From positions 11,594,001-11,658,000 of the forward strand of contig OZ024742.1 in the NCBI GenBank assembly GCA_964016885.1: 64,000 bases of DNA. Reading direction: 5' to 3'. Below, one piece after another: positions 30,001 through 41,537 of the stretch. The translations under genes and the position numbers were made by a program. Each line of letters begins with the position of its first letter. Position 1 is the stretch's first letter. Under the pieces are notes generated by a model. That model saw only the letters and a program-made list of their open reading frames with translations. It did not search any database and was not told the origin of the DNA. This DNA is from Eledone cirrhosa. Lineage: Eukaryota.

Positions 30001-33000
30001 ATTGGTGTTGTTGTTATTGGTGTTGTTATTGGTGTTGTTATTGGTATTGTTGTTATTGGTGTTGTTGTTACTGGTGCTGTTATTGTTGTTGTTGTTATTG
30101 GAGTTGTTATTGGTGTTGTTATTGGTGTTGTGGTTATTGGTGTTGTTATTGGTGTTGTTGTTATTGGTGTTGTTATTGGTGTTGTTATTGGTGCTGTTGT
30201 TATTGGTTTTGTTGTTATTGGTGTTGTTGTTATTGGTGTTGTTGCTATTGGTGTTGTTGTTGGTGTTGTTGTTATTGTTGTTGTTTTTATTGGTGTTGTT
30301 GTTATTGGTGTTGTTGTTATTGATGTTGTTGTTATTGGTGTTGTTATTGGTGTTGTTGTTATTGATGTTGTTGTTATTGGTGTTGTTATTGGTATTGTTA
30401 TTGGTGTTGTTGTTATTGGTGTTGTTATTGGTGTTGTTGTTATTGATGTTGTTGTTATTGGTGTTGTTATTGGTGTTGTTGTTATTGATGTTGTTGTTAT
30501 TGGTGTTGTTATTGGTATTGTTATTGGTGTTGTTGTTATTGGTGTTGTTATTGGTGTTGTTGTTATTGGTGTTGTTGTTATTGGTGCTGTTATTGGTGTT
30601 GTTGTTATTGGTGTTGTTATTGGTGTTGTTATTGGTGCTGTTGTTGTTGGCGTTGTTGTTATTGGTGTTGTTGTTATTGGTGTTGTTGTTATTGGTGTTG
30701 TTGTTTGTGTTGTTGTTATTGTTGTTGTTTTTATTGGTTTTGTTGTTGGTGTTGTTGTTATTGGTGTTGTTGTTATTGATGTTGTTGTTATTGGTGTTGT
30801 TGTTATTGGTGTTGTTATTGGTGTTGTTGTTATTGGTGTTGTTATTGGTGTTGTTATTAATGGTGTTGTTGTTATTGGTGTTGTTGTTATTGGTGTTGTT
30901 ATTGGTGTTGTTGTTATTGGTGTTGTTGTTATTGGTGTTGTTTTTATTGGTGTTGTTGTTATTGGTGTTGTTTTTATTGGTGTTGTTGTTATTGGTATTG
31001 TTATTGGTGTTGTTGTTATTGGTGTTGTTGTAATTGGTGTTGTTGTTATTGGTGTTGTTATTGGTGTTGTTGTTATTGGTGTTGTTATTGGTGCTGTTGT
31101 TATTGGTGTTGTTGTTATTGGTGTTGTTTTTATTGGTGTTGTTGTTGGTGTTGTTGTTATTGGTGTTGTTGTTATTGATGTTGTTATTATTGGTGTTGTT
31201 GTTGGTGTTCTTGTTATTGGTGTTGTTGTTATTGGTTTTGTTATTGGTGTTGTTGTTATTGATGTTGTTGTTATTGGTGTTGTTGTTATTGGTGTTGTTG
31301 TTGGTGTTGTTGTTATTGGTGTTGTTATTGGTATTGTTGTTATTGGTGTTGTTATTGGTATTGTTATTGGTGTTGTTGTTATTGGTGTTGTTGTTATTGG
31401 TGTTGTTATTGGTGTTGTTGTTATTGGTGTTGTTATTGGTGTTGTTATTGGTGTTGTTGTTATTGGTGTTGTTGTTATTGGTGTTGTTGTTATTGGTGTT
31501 GTTGTTGGTGTTGTTGTTATTGGTGTTGTTATTGGTATTGTTGTTATAGGTGTTGTTATTGCTGTTGTTGTTATTGGTGTTGTTGTTATTGGTGTTGTTA
31601 TTGGTGTTGTTGTTATTGGTGTTGTTGTTATTGGTGTTGTTGTTATTGGTGTTGTTTTTATTGGTGTTGTTGTTGGTGTTGTTATTGGTGCTGTTGTTAT
31701 TGATGTTGTTGTTATTGGTGTTGTTATTGGTATAGTTGTTATTGGTGTTGTTATTGGTGTTGTTGTTATTGGTGTTGTTATTGGTGTTGTTGTTATTGGT
31801 GTTGTTGTTATTGGTGTTGTTGTTATTGGTGTTGTTATTGGTGTTGTTGTTATTGGTGTTGTTGTTATTGGTTTTGTTATTGGTGTTGTTGTTATTGATG
31901 TTGTTGTTATTGGTGTTGTTGTTGGTGTTGTTGTTATTGGTCTTGTTATTGGTATTGTTGTTATTGGTGTTGTTATTGGTGTTGTTGTTATTGGTGTTGT
32001 TATTGGTGTTGTTGTTAGTGCTGTTGTTGTTATTGTTGTTGTTATTGGTGTTGTTGTTATTGGTGTTGTTATTGGTGTTGTTGTTATTGGTGTTGTTATT
32101 GGTGTTGTTGTTATTGGTGTTGTTATTGGTGTTGTTATTAATGGTGTTGTTGTTATTGGTGTTGTTATTGGTGTTGTTGTTATTGGTGTTGTTATTAATG
32201 GTGTTGTTGTTATTGTTGTTGTTATTGGTGTTGTTGTTATTGGTGTTGTTATTGGTGTTGTTGTTATTGGTGTTGTTATTGGTGTTGTTGTTATTGGTGT
32301 TGTTATTGGTGTTGTTGTTATTGGTGTTGTTATTGGTGCTGTTGTTATTGGTGTTGTTGTTATTGGTGTTGTTTTTATTGGTGTTGTTGTTGGTGTTGTT
32401 GTTATTGGTGTTGTTGTTATTGGTGTTGTTATTGGTGTTGTTGTTATTGGTGTTGTTATTAATGGTGTTGTTGTTATTGGTGTTGTTATTGGTGTTGTTG
32501 TTATTGGTGTTGTTATTAATGGTGTTGTTGTTATTGGTGTTGTTATTGGTGTTGTTGTTATTGGTGTTGTTGTTATTGGTGTTGTTGTTGGTGTTGTTGT
32601 TATTGGTGTTGTTTTTATTGGTGTTGTTGTTGGTGTTGTTGTTATTGGTGTTGTTGTTATTGATGTTGTTGTTATTGGTGTTGTTATTGGTGTTGTTGTT
32701 ATTGGTGTTGTTATTGGTGTTGTTGTTATTGGTGTTGTTATTGGTGTTGTTGTTATTGGTGTTGTTGTTATTGTTGTTGTTGTCATTGGTGTTGTTATTG
32801 GTGTTGTTGTTATTGGTGTTGTTGTTATTGGTGTTGTTATTGGTGTTGTTGTTATTGATGTTGTTGTTATTGGTGTTGTTGTTGGTGTTGTTGTTATTGG
32901 TGTTGTTATTGGTATTGTTGTTATTGTTGTTGTTATTGATGTTGTTGTTATTGTTGTTGTTATTGGTGTTGTTGTTATTGGTGTTGTTATTGGTGTTGTT

Positions 33001-34546
33001 GTTATTGGTGTTGTTGTTATTGGTGTTGTTGTTATTGGTGTTGTTATTAATGGTGTTGTTGTTCGTGTTGCTGTTGTTCGTGTTGTTGTTATTGGTGTTG
33101 TTGTTATTGGTGTTGTTAATGGTGTTGTTATTGGTGTTGTTGTTATTGGTGTTGTTATTGGTGTTATTTTTATTGGTGTTGTTATTGGTGTTGTTGTTAT
33201 TGCTGTTGTTGTTATTGTTGTTGTTATTGGTGTTGTTGTTATTGGTGTTCTTATTGGTTTTGTTGTTATTGGTGTTGTTATTGGTGTTGTTATTAATGGT
33301 GTTGTTGTTATTGGTGTTGTTGTTATTGGTGTTGTTGTTATTGGTGTTGTTGTTCGTATTGCTGTTGTTCGTGTTGTTGTTATTGTTGTTGTTGTTATTG
33401 GTGTTGTTGTTATTGGTGTTGTTGTTTGTGTTGTTGTTATTGGTGTTGTTGTTATTGGTGTTGTTGTTGGTGTTGTTGTTATTGGTGTTGTTGTTATTGG
33501 TGTTGTTGTTGGTGTTGTTGTTATTGGCGTCGTTGTTATTGGTGTTGTTGTTGGTGTTGTTGTTATTGGTGTTGTTGTTGGTGTTGTTGTTATTGGTGTT
33601 GTTGTTATTGATGTTGTTGTTATTGGTGTTGTTGTTGGTGTTGTTGTTATTGGTGTTGTTATTGGTGTTGTTATTGGTGTTGTTGTTATTGGTGTTGTTG
33701 TTGGTGTTGTTGTTATTGGTGTTGTTGTTATTGGTGTTGTTGTTGGTGTTGTTGTTATTGGTGTTATTGGTGTTGTTGTTATTGGTGTTGTTGTTGGTGT
33801 TGTTGTTATTGGTGTTGTTTTTATTGGTGTTGTTGTTATTGGTGTTGTTGTTGGTGTTGTTGTTATTGGCGTCGTTGTTATTGGTGTTGTTATTGGTGTT
33901 GTTGTTATTGGTGTTGTTATTGGTGTTGTTGTTATTGCTGTTGTTGTTATTGTTGTTGTTATTGGTGTTGTTATTGGTGTTGTTGTTATTGGTGTTGTTA
34001 TTGGTGTTGTTGTTATTGGTGTTGTTATTGGTGTTGTTATTAATGGTGTTGTTGTTATTGGTGTTGTTATTGGTGTTGTTGTTATTGGTGTTGTTATTAA
34101 TGGTGTTGTTGTTATTGTTGTTGTTATTGGTGTTGTTGTTATTGGTGTTGTTATTGGTGTTGTTGTTATTGGTGTTGTTATTGGTGTTGTTGTTATTGGT
34201 GTTGTTATTGGTGTTGTTGTTACTGGTGTTGTTGTTGGTGTTGTTGTTATTGGTGTTGTTGTTATTGATGTTGTTGTTATTGGTGTTGTTGTTGTTATTG
34301 GTGTTGTTATTGGTGTTGTTGTTATTGGTGTTGTTGTTATTGGTGTAGTTGTTGGTGTTGTTGTTATTGGTGTTGTTGTTATTGGTGTTGTTGTTATTGA
34401 TGTTGTTTTTGTTGTTGTTGTTGGTGTTATTGGTGTTGTTTTTTGTGTTGTTGTTATTGGTGTTGTTGTTATTGGTGTTGTTGTTTGTGTTGTTATTATT
34501 GGTGTTGTTATTGGTGTTGTTGTTATTGATGTTGTTGTTATTGACG

Positions 34547-34578
<32 letters not shown>

Positions 34579-34791
34579 GGTGTTATTGGTGTTGTTGTTA
34601 TTGGTGTTGTTGGTGTTGTTGTTACTGGTGTTGTTGTTATTGGTGTTGTTGTTATTGGTGTTGTTGTTGGTGCTGCTGTTATTGGTGCTGTTGTTATTGG
34701 TGTTGTTGTTATTGGTGTTGTTGTTGATGTTGTTGTTATTGATGTTGTTGTTATTGGTGTTGTTGTTATTGGTGTTGTTGTTGTTGTTGGT
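1..34791. repeat. Giant GT-rich satellite of mixed 12/15-nt units GGT(GTT)2-3ATT with nested higher-order repeats; runs off the left window edge
   Basis: Continuous GGTGTTGTT(GTT)ATT units, with almost no C on the + strand. Rare variant markers recur at fixed offsets: GGTATAG ends at 4035/6351/16116/18432 and GTAA ends at 6027/18108, giving 2316-bp and 12081-bp periods. Confidence 0.97.
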
Positions 34792-35971
34792 GTGCTTTGT
34801 CCAGCCCAAACGCTCGCCAAAATGGAGTGTGCGCTGTTCCAATTCCTTTGGAAGAAACGGGCTCCTTTGCTGAGAAGATCCATCTGCTGCCAACACCATT
34901 CAAACGGAGGGCTGGGGATGCCGTGGCTGACGATGCGCAAACACGCGCTCAGGCTGCGGCATCTCCACGTATTTCTCACCGGACAACCTGCTGCAGACCT
35001 GGGTCAAGCAAAGACCGAGGAAAATGGGCGACTGGCACATCGAATGTGCTCAGGCGCTCACAGTCCTCTGGCAAACGGACCCGGCGATCAGTGGAGACTC
35101 CACTTCGACATTCTATAGAGGGTTGGTCCGCAGCAAGTGCGACGACGCGCTCGGAGAAACTCTAGACGTAGAGGAGGACGAACTGGCCAGTCTGTTCAGT
35201 AGTACCTTCCGCCCGGGACCAATGGACAACTTCCAAAAGTCCCTGGCCTGGCAGTGCTACTGAGGAGCTCTACAAGTTTGAGACAAGCTTTACAGACACG
35301 GGCGCCCGGGTAGGGGCCCTTCGAAAAAGATCTGTCCCAGATGCGTGTGCGACGAGGAAACCGTCGCGCACGCATTCGTAAGCTGCGCGGTCGTTACCGA
35401 CCTGTGGAGCTATGTAGAACGACTGCTGTCACGGCTGGGACCAATTAGGTTGACCACCGAGTCCATTGTAACGATCAAGCCGCATCCCCCCTTCAAAAAT
35501 GAAGGAGCGGCGGTCTTCCTCTGTGTAATAGCCATTTTAAAAGAGGTTGTATGGTGGACGCGTCTGAAAGGTCTGAGGTCGGACATCTTTCTTTCCGGCC
35601 AACAACTGGTCCTTTTCTTCCGATACCATTTCGGAAGAAGGATCAGGATGGAGAAAGAGGTGCTCCACCCCAGCCGTTTTATGAAAGGTGGGTGAAAGTT
35701 GCGAGAATTGCCCGTGTGAATGGGCCTTCTCTCTACCTCAGCCTGTAGGTGGAAAAGGATGAAGGAAGAAGGGAACACTCTCTCTCTTTGTACTCCTATA
35801 GAGAAGGGTAGCATATTTTTTTTCGGGGGTGTGTGTGACCCCAAAACGATCCCTCCCTATTGAGGACCTTTTAGTTATGATTTCATTTGTTATTAGATTT
35901 TTTTTACTCGATTTCTATGTAACTTTCGATTTCCCTTTCTTTTGTGCCCTCGTGGCAAATAAATAGAAATT
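34792..35971 (+). mobile_element. Tx1/L1-type LINE copy A: 5'-truncated, decayed 3' end of ORF2 plus 3'UTR (divergent subfamily)
   Basis: Homologous to about 38222-39463 (LFQFLWK, GGLGMPWL, CPRCVCDEETVAH). It has a ~50-bp deletion at ~34989, a premature TGA at 35261, frameshifts, the ORF2-equivalent stop at 35746-35748 and AATAAA at 35958-35963. Confidence 0.92.
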
Positions 35972-36140
35972 TATCTTACTCTCTATCTTACTCTCTATCT
36001 TACTCTCTATCTTACTCTCTATCTTTCTCTCTATCTTACTCTCTATCTTTCTCTCTATCTTCTCTCTATCTTACTCTCTATCTTTCTCTCTATCTTACTC
36101 TCTATCTTACTCTCTATCTTTCTCTCTATCTTACTCTCTC
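35972..36140 (+). repeat. 12-nt tandem tail (TATCTTWCTCTC)n of LINE copy A
   Basis: About 14 units starting directly after AATAAATAGAAAT. Confidence 0.95.
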
Positions 36141-39100
36141 GGGACAGAGCGGCCCGACTTTTTCCAGCGTCTGGAGTCTTTTCTAGGGACGTCACGTTCC
36201 CTGCTTTTAGTCAGGGACTGGAATGGTATCCTGGATGCATGTTGGGACTATGCAGGGGCATGTCCCGATATAGAGGGGTGCAACAGCCTCAAGGGGTTAC
36301 TCGGCCGATTTGACCTGGCCGATAGATTTCGACTAGATTTTCCGACGGTGCCAACCTGGTCTTGGTCAAATCGCAGCGGATCATCTAGGTCGTACCTAGA
36401 TAGGTTTTTAGTTAGAAATAAGGACAGGGACCTTTTAAGTTGTCCAGAGATGCTCATGGTTGGCTATTCAGACCACAAGTTGGTGACCTGCATGGTCAAC
36501 CTTGATAGAACGCATAGACAGGGCCCCGATTACTGGAAGCTGAACTTGTCCTTACCGGCAAGTAAAGCTTACAGGGACCGGATTAGTACGTTAGTTAAGG
36601 AGCGGTTGACTGGAGCGATCGTCAACAGCAGGTGGTGGGTATCTCTAAAGAGAGAGATTAGATTAGTCTCGATAGAATTTAGTAAGGTTCTAGCTGCGGA
36701 TAGGAATAGGAAGGACAGGGAGCTGATAGATAGAGTAGAAGAGGCAATTAGAAGCGGCGACGTGGCCAGAGTGCTAGCGTCGAGAACGGCTTTGAGCCAG
36801 TTTTTCGACGCGAAGCACGAAGGCTGCGTTGTCCGAAGTAAAATACGTGCTCTAGGGAACGAGGGGACCAAAGCTGTTAGCTGGGCCCGCGTGACAGAAG
36901 CCAAGAGTGGAACTAAATCCACCATCCGGTCTTTGCGAGACCAGGATGGAGGGGCGATCCTTGAGCCTAAGCAGATGTGTGAGGCCTTTCAAAAGTACTT
37001 TGCCCGATTGTTCGGAAGGGGCGGGGAGCCGGTTGGGGATGTGGACTTCGGTCCATACCACGACGGCCTGCCGCGTCTCTCGGACAGGGAGGCGAAGTCC
37101 TGCGAGGAGCCGATTTCAGCCGCTGAGATAGAGGACATGCTGAGCCAATGCGGCAAACGCAAATCCCCGGGTCTCGATGGTCTTCCATACGAACTATATC
37201 TAGCTATGCCGGACTTGTTCCCCGATCTCCTCGAGGCGGTCTACTGCAACTGGCGACAGAACGGGAGAATTCCCTGTGCTGTGACCAAGGGCGTAGTCAC
37301 GCTAGTGAGGAAGGACGAGAACAAGGAGGACGAAATAAGTAACTTCAGGCTCATAACTCTGCTAAATACAGAGTTACAGATTTTGGCCAAGGTGCTAGCA
37401 AAGAGGTTGGCGCTTGTCGTGGGCAACCTGGTGGGAGATGCGCAGACATGTGCTATCCCGTCCAGGTCCATCCATGACAACCTCCACCTCATGCGATACA
37501 TCATAGAGAGGGTTGCGAACGAACCCGGCTTTGGTGGGGCTCTGATCAACTTGGATCAATCTAAGGCGTTCGATAGGGTCGACCATGGTTACCTGGATGC
37601 GGTGCTAGCGGCGGCAGACTTCGGACCCGTTTTCAGGGGCTGGATCACTGCTATGCACAGCAGCCGCATCAGTTCTAGAGTCAAGGTGAACGGCTACCTC
37701 TCGGAGCCGTCCGAAATCGCGCGGTCCATCCGACAAGGGTGCCCTCTCTCCTCCCTTCTGTATGTATTGACTCTCGAGCCACTACTGCGGAAGTTGGAGT
37801 TGTTGCAGGGCATCCCTTTGGAACCGGGATTGCGGAAAGCGGTGTCGGCCTACGCCGATGACGTAACAGTAATGGTGTCGACGGCCTCCGAAATCGGGGC
37901 GATCAGCACCTTACTGGAGGAGTACGAAAGGTTCACAGGGGCTAAGCTGAACCGGGACAAGTCGATCGGTTTGCAACTCGGCACGTGGAGGGGCAAACCG
38001 ATGCCCTCCGATGGCGTCGTCGGACGCTGGACGGAGGGCGCGGTGAAGTTGCTCGGGGTCTGGTTCGGACCAGACCTCCAGGTGGAGAAGAACTGGGCGG
38101 AGGTTACGAACAGGGTGTTTGCACTGACCCAGAAGTGGGCCAGTTGCAAACTATCCCTGAAAGGTCGGGCGGACGTGACGAACACCTATATAGCGTCCGT
38201 CATCTACTACCGCCTGACCGTCGTGCCTTGCCCAAGGGAAACCCTCGCCAAGATGGAGCGCGCGCTCTTCCAATTCCTTTGGAAGAGGCGGGCTCCTATG
38301 GTGAGGAGATCCATCTGCTGTCAACACCCTTCGAAAGGAGGGCTGGGGTTGCCGTGGCTAATGATCCGTAAACACGCATTAAGGCTACGGCACCGCCACG
38401 TATTCCTCACCGGTCAACCGGTGTGGGCCTCGTTTGTGAGACGAACCTTTCCCAGACTCGTCTCACTCACCGAGCTGCAATCCTGGGTCAAGCAAAGACC
38501 GAGAAAACTGGGCGCCTGGCACACTGAGTGTGCCCAGGCGCTCACCGCCCTCTGGCAGGCGGATCCGGTTATCAGTGGAGACTCCACCGCAACATTCTAT
38601 AGAGGGCTAGTACGCAGCAGGTGCGACGACGCCCTCGGAGAAGCCCTAGACATTGAGGAAGACGAACTGGCCAGCCCGTTCGGTAGAACATTCAGCCCGG
38701 GACCTATGGACAACTTCCAGAAGTCCCTGGCCTGGCAGTGCTACCGAGGGGCTCCGCCCGTTCGAGAAAGGCTCTACAGACACGGGCGCTCGGGTAGGGA
38801 CCCCGCCAAAAAGATCTGTCCCAGATGCGTGTGCGACGAGGAAACCGTTGCACACGCAATGGTACACTGCTCGGGCGTAGCCGATCTGTGGGGCTATGTC
38901 GAACAACTGCTGTCAAGGGTGGGACCGATCCGGTTGACCACCGAGTCTATTGTAACGATCAAGCCGCGTCCGCCCTTCAAAAATGAAGGAGAGGCGGTGT
39001 TTCTGTGCGTAATAGCCATGGTGAAAGAGGTTGTATGGTGGACGCATCTGAAAGGACTGAGGTCAGGCACCTTTCTCTCTGGCCAACAACTGGTCCGTTT

Positions 39101-39233
39101 CTTCCGATATCATTTCGGAAGAAGTATCAGGATGGAGAGAGAGGTGCTCCACCTCAGTCGTTTTTATGAAAGGTGGGTGAAAGTAGCGAGAATGGCCCGT
39201 GTGAATGGGCCTTCTCTTTACAAAAGCCTGTAG
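36141..39233 (+). CDS. LINE ORF2 (partial APE endonuclease - reverse transcriptase - C-terminal CCHC zinc knuckle), N-terminally truncated
   Basis: The frame is open from 36141 (GTERPDFFQRLE...). APE motifs: RDWN (normally GDFN/GDWN), SYLDRFLV, SDH. RT motifs: KSPGLDG, NFRLITLLN, LDQSKAFDRVDH, RQGCPLS, YADD (37851-37862). C-terminal KGGLG and CPRC-x8-H-x4-C. Confidence 0.93.
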   Translation, partial: GTERPDFFQRLESFLGTSRSLLLVRDWNGILDACWDYAGACPDIEGCNSLKGLLGRFDLADRFRLDFPTVPTWSWSNRSGSSRSYLDRFLVRNKDRDLLSCPEMLMVGYSDHKLVTCMVNLDRTHRQGPDYWKLNLSLPASKAYRDRISTLVKERLTGAIVNSRWWVSLKREIRLVSIEFSKVLAADRNRKDRELIDRVEEAIRSGDVARVLASRTALSQFFDAKHEGCVVRSKIRALGNEGTKAVSWARVTEAKSGTKSTIRSLRDQDGGAILEPKQMCEAFQKYFARLFGRGGEPVGDVDFGPYHDGLPRLSDREAKSCEEPISAAEIEDMLSQCGKRKSPGLDGLPYELYLAMPDLFPDLLEAVYCNWRQNGRIPCAVTKGVVTLVRKDENKEDEISNFRLITLLNTELQILAKVLAKRLALVVGNLVGDAQTCAIPSRSIHDNLHLMRYIIERVANEPGFGGALINLDQSKAFDRVDHGYLDAVLAAADFGPVFRGWITAMHSSRISSRVKVNGYLSEPSEIARSIRQGCPLSSLLYVLTLEPLLRKLELLQGIPLEPGLRKAVSAYADDVTVMVSTASEIGAISTLLEEYERFTGAKLNRDKSIGLQLGTWRGKPMPSDGVVGRWTEGAVKLLGVWFGPDLQVEKNWAEVTNRVFALTQKWASCKLSLKGRADVTNTYIASVIYYRLTVVPCPRETLAKMERALFQFLWKRRAPMVRRSICCQHPSKGGLGLPWLMIRKHALRLRHRHVFLTGQPVWASFVRRTFPRLVSLTELQSWVKQRPRKLGAWHTECAQALTALWQADPVISGDSTATFYRGLVRSRCDDALGEALDIEEDELASPFGRTFSPGPMDNFQKSLAWQCYRGAPPVRERLYRHGRSGRDPAKKICPRCVCDEETVAHAMVHCSGVADLWGYVEQLLSRVGPIRLTTESIVTIKPRPPFKNEGEAVFLCVIAMVKEVVWWTHLKGLRSGTFLSGQQLVRFFRYHFGRSIRMEREVLHLSRFYERWVKVARMARVNGPSLYKSL

Positions 39234-39463
39234 GTGGAAAAGAGGAAGGAACGAGGGAGCCCTCTCTCTGTGCTTCTGAGGAGAAGGGGTTGCACACTTT
39301 TTTCGGGGGTGTGTGTGACCCCCCCCCCTATTGAGGACTTATTTTTAAGTTTATTGTTAATTTTACATTTGTTATATATCTTCTTTACTCGCCTTTTCAT
39401 GTAAACTACTCCCATTGTACTTGTCCAACTTTTTGATGCCCTGGTGGCAAATAAAAAGAAACA
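36141..39463 (+). mobile_element. Tx1/L1-type LINE copy B, 5'-truncated within the APE endonuclease domain
   Basis: Begins abruptly after the tail of copy A; no ORF1. Contains ORF2 and a 3'UTR with AATAAA at 39450-39455. Confidence 0.95.
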
Positions 39464-40341
39464 TATCTTACTCTCTATCCTTCTCTCTATCTTTCTCTCT
39501 ATCTTACTCTCTATCCTTCTCTCTATCCTTCTCTCTATCTTACTCTCTATCCTTCTCTCTATCCTTCTCTCTATCCTTCTCTCTATCTTACTCTCTATCT
39601 TACTCTCTATCCTTCTCTCTATCCTTATCTCTATCCTTCTCTCTATCTTACTCTCTATCATTCTCTCTATCCTTCTCTATATCCTTCTCTCTACCCTTCT
39701 CTCTATCCTTCTCTCTATCATTCTCTCTATCCTGCTCTCTATCCTTCTCTCCATCCTTCTCTCTATCCTTCTCTCTATACTTCTCTCTATCCTTATCTCT
39801 ATCCTTCTCTATATCCTTCTCACTATCCCTTTCTCTATCCTTCTCTCTATCCTTCTCTATATCCTTCTCTCTATCTTACTCTCTATCGTACTCTCTATCC
39901 TTCTCTCAATCTTACTCTCTATCCTTCTCTCTATCTTTCTCTATATCCTTCTCTCTGTCCTTCTCTCTATTATTCTCTCTATCCTTCTCTCTATCCTTCT
40001 CTCTATCTTACTCTCTATCCTTCTCTCTATCCTTCTCTCTATCCTGCTCTCTATCCTTCTCTCCATCCTTCTCTCTATCCTTCTCTCTATCCTTCTCTCT
40101 ATCCTTATGTCTATCCTTCTCTCTATCCTTCTCACTATCCTTTTATCTATCCTTCTCTCTATCCTTCTCTATATCCTTCTCTCCATCCTTCACTCTATCC
40201 TTCTCTCTATCCTTCTCTCTATCTTACTCTCTATCCTTATCTCTATCCTTCTCTCTATCCTTCTCTCTATCCTTCTCTCTATCTTTCTCTCCATCCTTCA
40301 CTCTATCCTTCTCTCTATCCTTCTCTCTATCTTACTCTCTA
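39464..40341 (+). repeat. 12-nt tandem tail (TATCCTTCTCTC)n after LINE copy B, 878 bp
   Basis: About 73 variant 12-mers, strongly pyrimidine-rich on +. Confidence 0.96.
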
Positions 40342-41537
40342 TCCAATTCCTTTGGAAGAGGCGGGCTCCTATGGTGAGGAGATCCATCTGCTGTCAACAC
40401 CCTTCGAAAGGAGGGCTGCGGATGCCGTGGCTAATGATGCGTAAACACGCATTAAGGCTACGGCACCTCTACGTATTCCTCACCGGACAACCGGTGTGGG
40501 CCTCGTTTGTGAGACGAACCTTTCCCAGACTCGTCTCACTCACCGAGCTGCAATCCTGGGTCAAGCAGAGACCGAGAAAACTGGGCGCCTGGCACACTGA
40601 GTGTGCCCAGGCGCTCACCGCCCTCTGGCAGGCGGATCCGGTTATCAGTGGAGACTCCACCGCAACATTATATAGAGGGCTGGTACGCAGCAGGTGCGAC
40701 GACGCCCTCGGAGAAGCCCTAGACATGGAGGAGGACGAACTGGCCAGCCTGTTCGGTAGGACATTCAGCCCGGGACCTATGGACAACTTCCAGAAGTCCC
40801 TGGCCTGGCAGTGCTACCGAGGGGCTTTACCCGTTCGAGAAAGGCTCTACAGACACGGGCGCCCGGGTAGGGACCCCGCCAAAAAGATCTGTCCCAGATG
40901 CGTGTGCGACGAGGAAACCGTTGCACACGCATTGGTACACTGCTCGGGCGTAGCCGATCTGTGGGGCTATGTCGAACAACTGCTGTCAAGGGTGGGACCG
41001 ATCCGGTTGACCACCGAGTCTATTGTAACGATCAAGCCGCGTCCGCCCTTCAAAAATGAAGGAGAGGCGGTGTTTCTGTGCGTAATAGCCATGGTGAAAG
41101 AGGTTGTGTGGTGGACGCATCTGAAAGGACTGAGGTCAGGCACCTTTCTCTCTGGCCAACAACTGGTCCGTTTCTTCCGATATCATTTCGGAAGAAGTAT
41201 CAGGATGGAGAGAGAGGTGCTGTACCCCAGCCGTTTTTATGAAAGGTGGGTGAAAGTAGCGAGAATGGCCCGTGTGAATGGGCCTTCTCTTTACAAAAGC
41301 CTGTAGGTGGAAAAGAGGAAGGAACGAGGGAGCCCTCTCTCTGTGCTTCTGAGGAGAAGGGGTTGCACACTTTTTTCGGGGGTGTGTGTGACCCCCCCCC
41401 CCTATTGAGGACTTATTTTTAAGTTTATTGTTAATTTTACATTTGTTATATATCTTCTTTACTCGCCTTTTCATGTAAACTACTCCCATTGTACTTGTCC
41501 AACTTTTTGATGCCCTGGTGGCAAATAAAAAGAAACA
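40342..41537 (+). mobile_element. LINE copy C (3'-terminal ~1.2 kb)
   Basis: Near-identical to 38269-39463; starts at TCCAATTCCTTTGG; stop at 41306. Confidence 0.95.

Noticed and set aside
1-34791. Telomere interpretation of the G/T-biased array
   Set aside because: No TTAGGG or TTAGG units. A left-end telomere would be C-rich on the + strand, the opposite of what is seen, and kb-scale higher-order copies imply recombination rather than telomerase synthesis.
1-35118. Huge + strand ORFs (poly-VVIG, poly-LLLV, CCYW) and minus-strand poly-N frames
   Set aside because: They are stop-free only because of repeat composition. Several overlapping frames are open at once, starts are TTG/GTG and there are no domains.
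39276-39310. CTGAGGA plus a stem in the LINE 3'UTR as a hammerhead
   Set aside because: Followed by CGGGG rather than GAAA, and the core is not conserved in copy A.
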